Below are positions 1 to 10,189 of a stretch of DNA of 64,000 bases, in pieces. This DNA comes from an uncultured delta proteobacterium (lineage in GTDB: Bacteria > Myxococcota_A > UBA9160 > UBA4427). A program made the translations under genes and the position numbers. Under the pieces are notes generated by a model. The model made no database searches. It had not been told where the DNA came from and was given only the letters and a program-made list of their open reading frames with translations. The stretch is from the NCBI GenBank assembly GCA_963822965.1, contig CAWGJT010000005.1, forward strand, positions 1,696,001 to 1,760,000. Reading direction: 5' to 3'. The stretch's first letter is position 1; the number at the start of each line of letters is the position of its first letter.

Positions 1-594
1 ACGAGCTCGGCGAGCGGCTTGCGGGTGCGGGGGCTCTCGTCGCGCTGGCGGTAGGGCTCCGGGGCCTCGGCGGGCGGCGGCCGCGTAGCCGATGGCGAGG
101 CCCGTGAGCGCCTGGCTGTGGTCGGGGATGGCGAACAGCTCGCGCGCCCGCTCCGGGTCGATGCCAATCATCTGGTGCACCGACAGGCCCCGCGCCGTGG
201 CCTCGAAGGTGAGATAGGCGCTGGCGGCGCCCAGGTCGTGCAGGGCGGCGGCGTTCGGCTTGTCGTTGCGCACGAAGCGGGTGCGGGCGATGCCGATCGC
301 CAGCACCGGCGCCGCCTTGGCCCAGGCCTGGTTGGCCTCCACCAGGCACGAGAGCACCCGCGCGTACCCGGCCTCGTCGTCCTGCCGGGCCACCACGTAG
401 GACCAGGGCTGCTCGTTGTACGAGGAGGGCGCCCAGCGGGCGGCCTCGAAGATCGAGCGCAGGTCGTCCTCGCTGACGGGCCGGCTCGCGAACGCGTAGG
501 GGCTGTAGCGGCCGACGAGAAGCTCCTGGATGGGGTGGTCGGTGACGGCGAGCTTGCTGGCGCTGGACATCTTGCTGGACCTCTTGTTGGACAT
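1..594 (-). CDS. Nitroreductase family protein (3' end runs off the window; alternative start 570)
   Basis: Manual translation: RYSPYAF...IFEAARWAPSSYNEQPW...HDLGAASAYLTFEATARGLSVHQMIG, typical nitroreductase motifs. Confidence 0.85.
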   Translation of the reverse strand, partial: MSNKRSSKMSSASKLAVTDHPIQELLVGRYSPYAFASRPVSEDDLRSIFEAARWAPSSYNEQPWSYVVARQDDEAGYARVLSCLVEANQAWAKAAPVLAIGIARTRFVRNDKPNAAALHDLGAASAYLTFEATARGLSVHQMIGIDPERARELFAIPDHSQALTGLAIGYAAAARRGPGALPPARREPPHPQAARRAR

Positions 595-778
595 CGGGGG
601 GTCTCCTGGGTGACGGGGCCGGCGGGGGCGGCCCTCCAGGGGATAGCCGACGCCGCGCCCGGCGCGCGCCGGGACGCGCCTGCCCCAGACCCAACTCCCC
701 GGAAAATCGAGGAATGCCGGGACGACGGCGCGCCGCCGTACGGGCCGCGGCGCGCCGGCTGTGCTTCCCTGTCGAGCC

Positions 779-2069
779 ATGCTGGACCCCCGTTCCCTCG
801 AGAATCGCCGCGACGAGATCGTCGAGAGCTGCCGCAAGCGGCGGGTGGACGCCGACGTGGACGGCGCCATCGCCGCCCACGAAGCGGTCACGCCGGCTCA
901 CCACCGCAGCTCAACAACCTGAACCGCCACGCGCAACGAGCACCAGAAGGCCGGCAAGGGGAAGCTCGACGCCGCCGCGCGCGAGGCGCACGTCGCCGAG
1001 GGACGCCGCCTGAAGGAAGAGGTGGCGGCCCTCGAGGAGCAGCTGCGCGCGGCCGCGCCGAGACCCTGGACGAGAAGATCGACCCGCTGCCCAACTTCAT
1101 CCACCCGGACGTGCCCGAGGGCGGCGAAGAGGACTTCGCGGTGCTCGCGACCTGGGGCGAGATCCCGCGCTTCGACTTCGAGCCCCGGGACCACCTGGCC
1201 CTCGGCGAGCGCTCTCGACCTGCTGGACTTCGAGAGCGCCGCCGCGGTGGCGGGGCAGAAGTGGTACTACCTGAAGAACGAGGCGGTGCTGCTGGAGCTG
1301 GCGCTGCAGCGCTTCGCGCTCGACCGGGTGATGGCGGCGGGGCTTCGTCCCGTACACCACGCCCGACGTGGCGCGCACCGAGGTCGTCGCACGCCATGGG
1401 CTTCAACCCGCGCGGCGCCGAGACGAAGATCTACTCCCTCGACCAGGACGACCTGTGCCTGGTGGGCACCGCGGAGATCACCCTCGGCGGGCTGCTCCTC
1501 GACCGCATCGTGGAAGAGGAGGAGCTTCCGCTGCGGGTCGCCGGCATCTCCCACTGCTTCCGGGTGGAGGCGGGCGCCTACGGGCGCGAGAGCCGCGGCC
1601 TCTACCGCGTGCACCAGTTCACCAAGGTGGAGATGTTCGTCTTCTGCACCCCCGAGCAGAGCGACGACCTGCACCGCGAGCTGCTGGCGGTCGAGGAGGG
1701 GATCTTCCGCGACCTCGAGATCCCCTACCGGGTGATCGACGTGGCCAGCGGGGATCTCGGCGCGCCCGCCTACCGTAAGTTCGACATCGAGGCCTGGATG
1801 CCCGGGCGCAGCGAGGGCGGCAGACTACGGCGAGATCACCAGCGCGTCGAACTGCACCGACTACCAGGCGCGCCGGCTGCGGGCGCGCTTCCGGCGCAAG
1901 GGCGCGAAGAAGACCGAGCTCGTCCACACCCTGAACGGCACGGCGATCTCGAACGCGCGCGACCATCCTGATGCTGCTCGAGAACCACCAGCAGGCCGAC
2001 GGCAGCGTCCGCATCCCGAAGGCGCTCGCGCCCTACGTGGGACGGGACGTGATCGCGCCGCGCGCCTGA
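779..2069 (+). CDS. serS: Serine--tRNA ligase (apparent frameshifts)
   Basis: [82 protein letters not shown] spread over several frames. Confidence 0.95.
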
Positions 2070-2079
2070 GATCGCCACC

Positions 2080-4056
2080 GTGGCGGTCGACGGGCTCGAG
2101 GGATTCGACGGCGGACGGCGCGGGCGCGCCGCGCCCCCGGCCTGGTGCTCGGCACCGCCGGCCACATCGACCACGGCAAGTCGGCGCTCGTGCTGGCGCT
2201 GACGGGCGTCGACCCCGACCGCCTTCCCGAGGAGAAGGCGCGCGGCATCACCATCGACCTGGGCTTCGCGGCGCTCGACCTGGGCGACGGCCTGCGCGTC
2301 GTCCGTGGTGGACGTGCCCGGCCACGAGCGGCTGGTGCGCACGATGGTGGCCGGCGCCACGGGCATCGATCTGCTGCTGCTGGTGGTGGCGGCCGACGAG
2401 GGCGTGATGCCCCAGACCCGCGAGCACGTGGCGATCTGCGACCTGCTGGGCGTCGACCGCGGCGTGGTGGCGCTCACCAAGACCGACCTGGTGGACGACG
2501 AGATGCGCGAGCTCGCCGAGCGAGGACGTGCGCGACCTGCTGGCGGGCACGCGCCTCGCCGGGGCGCCCATCGTTCCGGTCTCGTCCCACACCGGGGCCG
2601 GGCCTCGACGACCTGCGGGCGGCGCTTCGCGCGCTGGTCGCGGAGGCGCCGCCGCGCACCGCGCGCACGGGCCCGCCGCGGCTGTCCGTCGATCGGGTCT
2701 TCGCCATGCGGGGCTTCGGGACGATCGTGACGGGTACCCTCACCGGCGCCGCCCTGCAGGTGGGCGACGCCGTGGAGATCCAGCCGTCCGGGCGCAGCGG
2801 ACGCATCCGCGGCCTGCAGGTGCACGGCGCGGCGTGCGAGCGAGCCGAGCCCGGGGCGCGCTGCGCGATCAACCTGCAGGGGCTCGAGGTGGCGGACCTC
2901 GCCCGGGGCGACGTGGTCACGAGCCCGGACGCCCTCGCACCCACCACGTCCGCCGACGTGCGGCTCCGCTGGCTGCCTTCGGCGCCGCCGCGGCGAGGGC
3001 AGCGTCTCGATCGAGCTGCTGTCGGGCACCGCGGAGCGACGCGCGCACCTGGCTCCCATCGGCGCCCGGGCCTTCGTGCCCGGCGAGACGACCTTCGCGC
3101 GGCTGCACGTGGACGACGGGCCGGTGCCGCTGCTGCCGGGAGACCGCTTCATCGCCCGGGGCTTCGCGCGCAGCCAGGGCACCGGGGCCACCGTCGGCGG
3201 CGGCGTCGTGCTGGACGTGGCGCCGCCCCGCCGCCGGCGCAGCGACCCGGACCTGGTGCGCGAGCTCGAGGCCCTGGCGCGGCGCGACCGCCCCACCGAC
3301 CTGCGCGAGCGCGTCCGCCGCGCCGGCTTCGCGGGCGTCGGATCGGCGAGCCTGCGGCGCGAGACCGGCACGGCCGAAGCAGAGCTCGAGGCCACCCTCG
3401 CACCGCTGGTGGAATCCGGCGAGGTGCTGCGGGCCGGCACGCGCACCTGGATCGACGCCGCCGCCGCCGCGCGCCTGCAGCAGCGACTGCTCGCGGCGCT
3501 GGACGCCTTCCACGCCGCCGAGCCCCTGCGGCCGGGCATGCCCCGCGCGTCCCTGCGCGGGCAGCTGCCGGACAACGTCCCGAACGAGGTGGGCGAGCTC
3601 GTCCTCACCCGCCTGGCACAGGCCGGTGACATCGAGGCGGAGGGCGACCTCGTCCGCCGTGCCGGCCACGCGCCGGCCATCGACGCCGAAGCGCAGGCCC
3701 TGCTGGGTCGCATCCGCGAGGAAGCGCGCGCGGCCGCCCTCGATCCGCCCTCCCCGCGCGACTGGGCCGAGCGTCTGGGCATCTCCGCCGATCGCTTCCG
3801 CGATCTGGTCGCGCACCTCGAGCGCCAGGGCGAGCTCGTCCGCGCCCCGGGCGACCTGTGGTTCGAGCGAGCCGCGGTGGACGAGCTGCGCGAGAAGGTG
3901 ATCGCCCACCTGCGCGCCCACGGCGAGATCGACCCCGCCGCCTACAAGACGCTCACCGGCACCACCCGGCGCACCACCGTGCCGCTGATGGAGCTGCTCG
4001 ACGAGCTGCACGTCACCCGGCGGCGCGGCGACGTGCGCGTGCTGCGCGGGAGCTAG
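2080..4056 (+). CDS. selB: Selenocysteine-specific elongation factor SelB (apparent frameshifts; start approximate)
   Basis: [63 protein letters not shown]-terminal winged-helix end [27 protein letters not shown]. Confidence 0.95.
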
Positions 4057-4084
4057 CCCGAGACACCTCGCGCCGCACCGACGC

Positions 4085-4170
4085 CGATGCTTCGCCGCTG
4101 GCTGCGTTGCGCTGCGCCGCCGTAGGCCGCGCTACGGCCTCCTCACGCGCCTTGCCAGTGGCGCGCCTCG
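4085..4170. repeat. REP-like palindromic element between selB and Rhs array 1
   Basis: Central hairpin GCCGTAG-gccgcg-CTACGGC flanked by CTGGCTGCGTTG and CGCGCCTTGCCAG arms. Confidence 0.45.
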
Positions 4171-4499
4171 ACGCCAGGGCGTTCCACGGGAGTCCTGGGT
4201 CAGGCTCCTGGTCGGGCGCAGCACGCGGGCCGCAACGGCTGACCGGGAGGCCCGCCCGAAGGCGAGCCTCCCGGTGCCGTGGGCCGGTACGCCGATGCGG
4301 GGCGCCACCTCCAGCCCGTGAGGTCGAGCACACCGGTGCGTCGTCGGTCACATCGGCATGTCGGGCGGCGGAGGAGCCTCGATGGCGTCAGCGGAGACTC
4401 GACCGCTGGATCTCCGGTCCTGGCCTGACTGCCGCAATCACAGAATCTGGCTCCTCCTGGACCGCCGAAACCGGCAACTTCCCTGGATCCACCCTCGGC

Positions 4500-5783
4500 G
4501 TTCGCGTCACCGGAAGCCGCGCGGTCGGCTCGAGCTGGGTGCTACTTCTAGGAACGATCATCCCGCTGCTGGTCTTCCCGACGGACGCGCACGCCGCGTG
4601 CGGCACGGGCCCGGATCTGATCCTCCACTTCCACCTCGACCACCTGAGTTCGACCGAGGTGATCACGACCGCAGCGGGCGACGTGTTTTCCCAGATCCGG
4701 TACGACGCGTATGGCCGGGTGCGAGGGAGGTATACAGCCGCTGGAGCGCTGGTCGGCCCGAACAAGTTCATGCCGACCGAGTACGCCGGGTACACGACCG
4801 AGGTTGCCACGGGCCTCCAGCACGCGGGAGTGCGAACCTACGACCCGCTCACCGGTCAGTTCTTGCAGCACGATCCCAAAGGCCAATTCATGAGCCCGTA
4901 TGCATTCGGACCGGGAGATCCGATCAACGGACGCGACCCGACGGGGACATTCTGGCTGGGCCTCATCGTGTTTGCGCTGATCGTCGCCAACGCCATCTAC
5001 GCCGGTGTGAAGACGGGAAGCGCCCGCGTCGGCTGGGAGACCTTCGTGGTCGGCGTGGGAATGGCTCTCACCTTCTACGGGCTTGGCTCCGCAGCGCAGG
5101 CGGCGACCGCGGCAGGCTATGCCTGGGCCGGCTACAGCCTCGAAGGTGCGCTGACGGGCTACGGCGCATACACTCTGACCGAGCAGGGCAGAGCCGCGGC
5201 GAACGGCAACGCCATGAGCGCGGTCAACCTCGGCGTCGGCATTGCGCTCTTGGCGGTGGGTGCGGTCCGGGCCTACCAGCTGCGCTCTCAGGTGGTTAGC
5301 GGGACCGCAGCGGCGGATCCGTCCCAGAGTGTCGGCGCCACCGCCGAGACCACGTCGAGCGGCGACTACACGATCACGGATTCGGAGGTTGACGCAGCCC
5401 TCTCTGAGCTGGATGCCAACGCATCGAACCTAGGCTTCGAGGGGCTTCCCGCGTCGCGGGTTTTCGTTTCCGAAGCGCTTACGGGGCCCGAGAACTCCGG
5501 TAGGACCCACGAAATCTTCGGGTTCCGCTTCGTAACTCTGAATCCCAATGCAATAGGGGGCCGCGGCGCACTCGTTCGGACGCTGTTCCACGAGGCGTAT
5601 CACTTCAACTCCCCATCGCTTGGAATATCGAGCCTGCAGCACACTCGCTTGCACGCCTTCAGCCTGAACGTGGGGCAGTTCCAGGGGTCGCTGTCGCTTC
5701 TGAACTTCCCGACAACTGCCAGCGGTCGCCTCGACCTCTCGAGACCAGTTCCGTTCTACATGCCGGACGGGAGCGTGCGATGA
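4500..5783 (+). CDS. Truncated Rhs protein: Rhs-associated core plus C-terminal HExxH zincin-like tip (start uncertain)
   Basis: HLDHLSSTEVIT, YDAYGR, TGLQHAGVRTYDPLTGQFLQHDP, DPINGRDPTG cleavage motif; hydrophobic linker; LVRTLFHEAYH. Confidence 0.85.
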   Translation, partial: VRVTGSRAVGSSWVLLLGTIIPLLVFPTDAHAACGTGPDLILHFHLDHLSSTEVITTAAGDVFSQIRYDAYGRVRGRYTAAGALVGPNKFMPTEYAGYTTEVATGLQHAGVRTYDPLTGQFLQHDPKGQFMSPYAFGPGDPINGRDPTGTFWLGLIVFALIVANAIYAGVKTGSARVGWETFVVGVGMALTFYGLGSAAQAATAAGYAWAGYSLEGALTGYGAYTLTEQGRAAANGNAMSAVNLGVGIALLAVGAVRAYQLRSQVVSGTAAADPSQSVGATAETTSSGDYTITDSEVDAALSELDANASNLGFEGLPASRVFVSEALTGPENSGRTHEIFGFRFVTLNPNAIGGRGALVRTLFHEAYHFNSPSLGISSLQHTRLHAFSLNVGQFQGSLSLLNFPTTASGRLDLSRPVPFYMPDGSVR

Positions 5784-6205
5784 GCCCTGCCAATGCGAGT
5801 CGAGTAGCTCGCGCCCTTCTCGTCATTGCCTGCCTGATCGGGAGCGTTGGCTGCGGACCCGAGGCCGAGCGGGAGCACGGGCTTCATGGAAGGCGAGAGG
5901 CACAACTCGGGATCCTTTGTCGGGCTCTTCAGCTGTATGAAGAGGACTATGGGTCCATGCCCTCGTCTCGGCTGGGGCTGCGCGCTCTCGTTGCTCCTCG
6001 CGACGAGCCAGCAGCCCGCGGCGTCGGAACGCCATACGTGAAGGAGAGTATGCTGTACGATCCATGGGGCAAGGAGATAGAATACTCGCCGCCTGTCGAC
6101 GGCAAGCACGCAAGTCTCACATCTCTCGGCGGCGGCAATCGAGGGGAACGATACTCTATCAAGTGCCGCGGCCGCGCCGAGTCCGATTCACCTGCTGTGC
6201 AGTAG
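5780..6205 (+). CDS. Putative immunity lipoprotein with GspG (T2SS pseudopilin)-like domain
   Basis: Overlaps toxin stop (ATGA); lipobox-like LIGSVGC; ALQLYEEDYGSMP..GLRALV..PYV..DPWGKEIEY..SLG. Confidence 0.7.
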   Translation: MSPANASRVARALLVIACLIGSVGCGPEAEREHGLHGRREAQLGILCRALQLYEEDYGSMPSSRLGLRALVAPRDEPAARGVGTPYVKESMLYDPWGKEIEYSPPVDGKHASLTSLGGGNRGERYSIKCRGRAESDSPAVQ

Positions 6206-6214
6206 TCCCAAAGT

Positions 6215-6691
6215 GAACTGCCACGGCTTGGCGTAGATGATCTTCAACCGGGAGACGTCCTACTCACAGGTGATGGCGGGTCGGCCCAGTATCTGAGAGG
6301 TACCGGAGAGTACGGTCACGGAGCGACCGTGCTGGAGGCCGGAGACGGCACGGTAAATGTCCTCTCGTCGGACAATCGTGGCATCTACATCAGGGACAAC
6401 GCGGATTCTGCGGTAGGCGGGCGCACCTTCGACGTCTTCCGGACCGAGGGCGTCAGGGCGACCGATCTCCGGGCGTTCGCGCGCGGTGTCGCGAGCGAAG
6501 GCGGGCTTCGGCAGTACTTCGGAAACGGTGGAGGGAACGTCTGCACTTCGGTCGGCGCTCGCGCCCTTGAGGCGGCAGGCGGACCAGCCATCCCTCGACT
6601 CGTTGGTGGGCTGGTTACACCGAATGGGCTCGGCAGGGCGCTCGGGCCACCCATAGGGCGCATCTACGTGCCGCTGAGGACTCAACCATGA
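6215..6691 (+). CDS. Orphan toxin tip, permuted papain-like NlpC/P60 (YiiX/YebB-like) domain; no proper start
   Basis: LQPGDVLL...YGHGATV...NVCTSVGARALEAAG...LVTP, with His before Cys. Confidence 0.65.
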   Translation, partial: ELPRLGVDDLQPGDVLLTGDGGSAQYLRGTGEYGHGATVLEAGDGTVNVLSSDNRGIYIRDNADSAVGGRTFDVFRTEGVRATDLRAFARGVASEGGLRQYFGNGGGNVCTSVGARALEAAGGPAIPRLVGGLVTPNGLGRALGPPIGRIYVPLRTQP

Positions 6692-7722
6692 GGGGTGGCC
6701 TGGCTTTCGTGACGATCGCCCTACTGGTATCCGCTTCTGCTTGGGCGGGAGGAAAGGCGATGCAGGATGAGGAAGTGAAGCCGCCGTCGAAGTTCGAGAT
6801 CCCGTTCGATGGCCCTGGTCAGCTCGCAACGATCTGGAGCTGGGGGCGAGACCGCCCCGACGGCGAGAAGGCTCTGGTCGTCACCGCTCACGGACAGAGT
6901 CACCGCGTTGAGATCGAGGCTCCGAGGCGTGTGCGCTGGCGATCGCCTACCGAACTCATCCTCGAGCAGTACGTCTGGCCTCTGAAGAACGGTTCGGGGA
7001 GCCGAATCTTGCGCATCGCGCGTGAGGGCGAGGTGCTCGAGGTTCTCAGCGACCGCCAAGGACTTGGCAACATCGAACCTTCGCCGGGCGGAAACGTGGT
7101 GCTGCTCGAACGGGACAACCAGAAGGGGTCCCAGGGATTCGAGGTTCGAAGCCTTGCAGAGGACTTCCGGCTGCTGACCGTTCACCCGAAGCCGACGAGT
7201 CGGGAGATCGGCTCTATGCCGACACCTCCGATCTGGAGCCCAGATGGGTCGAAGTTCGCCGTGGCGCTCTACGTTCCGAATCTTCCGGAAGAGCCCGGTC
7301 GCCTCTATCCGCGGCTTGCCATCGTGTCTCGCGACACTCCTGGCTATACGCGGCTTCCTGACAGCCCTCCTGGTCAGGAGGCGGTGCGGGGCGGCGTGAT
7401 TCCGCTCTTCTGGAATGAGGACGGTATCTACGTTCGAACCACCCATGTCGGAAGTGGCCTGCTGCGTTGCGATCCGGAGGGCTTGGGATGTACTCCCGTC
7501 TACGCTCCGGGTGAGCAGCGCTCAGTTCTCTCCGGGGTGCAGGCTGGAGGCCAGACCGCTCTGCTTCTCGTTCAAGACCCGTCAGTGGATCGGTTCGAGA
7601 CGCGGGCGAAGGAGATCCACGAGGTGAACCTTGCCACCGGCGAAGGCCGCCTGCTCTTGCGCTTGCCCGATGGGGTGTTCATCTCCGATCTCGATTGGAT
7701 CGGGGACACGGGCGCCCACTGA
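6688..7722 (+). CDS. Exported TolB-like beta-propeller protein, putative immunity
   Basis: Signal peptide ending ASAWA; PSPGG and PIWSPDGSKFAV repeats; ATGA overlap with the upstream tip. Confidence 0.6.
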   Translation: MRGGLAFVTIALLVSASAWAGGKAMQDEEVKPPSKFEIPFDGPGQLATIWSWGRDRPDGEKALVVTAHGQSHRVEIEAPRRVRWRSPTELILEQYVWPLKNGSGSRILRIAREGEVLEVLSDRQGLGNIEPSPGGNVVLLERDNQKGSQGFEVRSLAEDFRLLTVHPKPTSREIGSMPTPPIWSPDGSKFAVALYVPNLPEEPGRLYPRLAIVSRDTPGYTRLPDSPPGQEAVRGGVIPLFWNEDGIYVRTTHVGSGLLRCDPEGLGCTPVYAPGEQRSVLSGVQAGGQTALLLVQDPSVDRFETRAKEIHEVNLATGEGRLLLRLPDGVFISDLDWIGDTGAH

Positions 7723-7723
7723 T

Positions 7724-8065
7724 TCATCTGCCGACGATCTCGTCGAGCAGCTTCCGCAGAGCGGCGCGGTCCTCCTCTTCGAGCCGCCCGAGCTTGCGCA
7801 GCACGAGGCCGCGCTCGATCGTCGCGACGACGGGCTTCAGCACCGAGGGCCGGAGCAGCCCGGCCTCCTTCCACTTGGCCACGGAGGCCTCTCCGAACGC
7901 GGCCTGCGCCCGCGCCTGGCTGGTGACGGCCAGGATGATGAGATCCGGCCGCTCGCGGAGTTAGGCCTCGCTGCTGACGACGACGGCCGGGCGGCGCTTG
8001 GTGGTGGTCTGGTCGGCAAAAGGGAACGGGACGAGGAGGACGTCCCCGAACTCATAGCCGGTCAT
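7724..8065 (-). pseudogene. PemK/MazF-family toxin with an in-frame TAA at 7961-7963
   Basis: MTGYEFGDVLLVPFPFADQTTTKRRPAVVVSSEA*LRERPDLIILAVTS...WKEAGLLRPSVLKP. Confidence 0.85.
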
Positions 8066-8261
8066 AGTCGGCGTCGTCGGGGTTCTCCCAGATCCGGGCG
8101 AAGGCGGCCTCGGACAGCCGGCTCGCCGCCTCCGCGAGTCCTCGCTCCTCGTCGCGCACGCGCAGGAAGTCGATGAAGTCCTCGACCTCGGTCACGCGCT
8201 CGGGGGCGAGGCGGCGGATCTTGGCGAGGAGTTCCTCTTCGGTCGGCTTCAGGCGTCCCAT
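8052..8261 (-). CDS. DUF2281-like antitoxin
   Basis: LLAKIRRLAPERVTEVEDFIDFLR...SEAAFARIWENPDDADYDRL; overlaps the PemK start. Confidence 0.8.
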   Translation of the reverse strand: MGRLKPTEEELLAKIRRLAPERVTEVEDFIDFLRVRDEERGLAEAASRLSEAAFARIWENPDDADYDRL

Positions 8262-8369
8262 GCGCGGCCCTCTTCCCCTGCGGGGGTCTGGTACGATGGA
8301 GATTCTATCGGTTGGACGAGGGCTTGGCTTCACCCGGTCGCCAAGGCGGCGTCCCAGGAGGCCGTGCTG

Positions 8370-8886
8370 CAACTACGATGGAGGCGCCAACAGTCGAGGC
8401 CGGCCAGTCGGAGTGATCCGCGGGCCTGCTGCACCATCGTCCCAGAGTGGATTCGATGAGGCTGCGCAGCTCAGCGATTCCGATGTACAGACGATTCGAG
8501 AATGGACTCAGGGGCGATCGGACATTGCCGATGTGGCAGACGACGCGACCGTCGTGATCCATGACGACTTCAAGGGAACGGCGCAAGAAGGCAGTTTCGG
8601 CTACTACGATCCAAAGACTGATACGATCGCGTTGAACCGGTCGAAGATGGTAGGCATGGCCGACACTGCTGGGTGGCTGGTTCACGAGAACACACACAGA
8701 CTCAATCGGGGAACGCTGGGGGGCTTTCTCTCAAAGGTCGGCGATCTGATTGTCGGCCCGACCAACCCCTGGCACGCGCAAACCTACCGGCTCGGTGACG
8801 CTGCTGCCGCTGCCTATCTCGGCGACGCCCGCCGAGGATTGGTCCCAATCGGGTTCGGCGGGCAATACATCTCACCCCGGCCATAG
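8370..8886 (+). CDS. Orphan toxin tip with HExxH zincin-like motif (start uncertain)
   Basis: FGYYDPKTDTIALN...AGWLVHENTHRL. Confidence 0.65.
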
Positions 8887-8896
8887 GGAGATCGTG

Positions 8897-9268
8897 ATGC
8901 GTGTGTTCCTCTCGCTTGTCGTGATGGCCTTGATCCTTGGGGGCGTGGTGTTCTTCATTGCTCATCAGCAGGACGACGAGCATCCCACGCGCGGTCTGCA
9001 AGCTCCCACTGACCTCGTCCAGGTAGCGACAGCTCTGGAGCTATATCGAGACGCGATGGGCAGCTACCCCAGCGAGGAAGAGGGTCTCCGGGTGCTTGCA
9101 GGTCGGTTTCTGCCTAAGTCTGAGCTGTCTGACGGATGGGGTACGCCCATCCGGTACGTCCAGCTTTCGCTGCGTGGGCAGCAGTCCTACAGAATCTGTT
9201 CGGCTGGCGCGGATGGCGAGTTCATGGAGGGCACGCCAGGAGACGATCATTGTTTCTCGCCCGAGTAG
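8897..9268 (+). CDS. Putative immunity protein with GspG pseudopilin-like domain
   Basis: N-terminal TM; DLVQVATALELYRDAMGSYPSEEEGLRVL..DGWGTPIRY..YRICSAGADG..DD. Confidence 0.75.
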   Translation: MRVFLSLVVMALILGGVVFFIAHQQDDEHPTRGLQAPTDLVQVATALELYRDAMGSYPSEEEGLRVLAGRFLPKSELSDGWGTPIRYVQLSLRGQQSYRICSAGADGEFMEGTPGDDHCFSPE

Positions 9269-9347
9269 AAGCCCTTCCAGCAAGACGGTGTGTTCGCCGA
9301 CCCGATCCGACCGTTTGATTTCGGCTGAGCTGAAGTAGTCCCAAAGT

Positions 9348-9779
9348 GGACAGTACGCGGCGAATGATTACCGCGGCGCGATCAACACGGACACAGGTCT
9401 TCCGGATGATCCCGTGGTGGTTCAGTGGCTGAAGGACACTCGATCGAGATGGGCGATGGGGAAGATCTTCGGCGAGTCAGTCGATGGGGTAAAGCTCACC
9501 ACCGAATCGTTCTTCGCTCGACTTCACGGGGCTGTTGCGACGACTCGGCCAGACCACATTTTCACAACTCTGACCGAGTGCCAGTTCTTCGCAGATGGGA
9601 GGCTCGCCTTGCACGAGTACTTCCATGTTCTGCGTCAATGGAACACAAGCGAGCTCACGCGAACCGGCTACCTGCTCGAATCGTTCCAGAACGGTTACTT
9701 CAACAATCGATTCGAGGTAGCGGCGCGAGTTTTCGCAGCGCAGAACCTCGCTGAATACAACCGCCTGGTCGGAAGATGA
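9348..9779 (+). CDS. Orphan toxin tip with HExxH motif (DUF4157-like metallopeptidase); no proper start
   Basis: LALHEYFHVLRQW...Y...GYFNNRFEVAAR. Confidence 0.6.
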   Translation, partial: GQYAANDYRGAINTDTGLPDDPVVVQWLKDTRSRWAMGKIFGESVDGVKLTTESFFARLHGAVATTRPDHIFTTLTECQFFADGRLALHEYFHVLRQWNTSELTRTGYLLESFQNGYFNNRFEVAARVFAAQNLAEYNRLVGR

Positions 9780-10150
9780 GACGTCTCTTCGTTCGATTGA
9801 TTGCGTCCTCTCTGCCCTTCCTTGTGGGTGTGTCAAGCTGTTTTCCAATCGGCGACTCGGCAGCTCGTTTGAGAGGGCGGATCACGGTGAACGGGGAGCC
9901 CGCGAGCGATTGCCGGCTGAGCCTTCATCTCGCCCGCACGGATCAGATTGTCGAAGCGATCGGGGTTTCCTCAGAGTTTGAGGAGACCTTCGTGATTGCA
10001 CCTGGCGAGGACGACTACTACGCGACGATCTCATGCAAGAACACTCGAAACGAGTACCGAAGCGAAACCCTGCGCCTGGGGTCGCCACACACTTACGAGA
10101 ATGGCACCGACCTGGGGACAGTGTCGCTCTCACGTGCCGGGGCCGAGTAA
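9776..10150 (+). CDS. Putative immunity lipoprotein
   Basis: Lipobox LVGVSSC; ATGA overlap with the preceding tip. Confidence 0.6.
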   Translation: MRRLFVRLIASSLPFLVGVSSCFPIGDSAARLRGRITVNGEPASDCRLSLHLARTDQIVEAIGVSSEFEETFVIAPGEDDYYATISCKNTRNEYRSETLRLGSPHTYENGTDLGTVSLSRAGAE

Positions 10151-10189
10151 GCGCTTCGCGCATTCCATCGCGGCGGCTCGATGCAGTCC

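Noticed and set aside
4057..4500. tRNA-Sec (selC) after selB
   Set aside because: No cloverleaf with TCA anticodon and T-loop could be recognised.
5780..9268. Type II secretion system locus
   Set aside because: The GspG-like genes lack prepilin cleavage motifs and no gspD/E/F is present.
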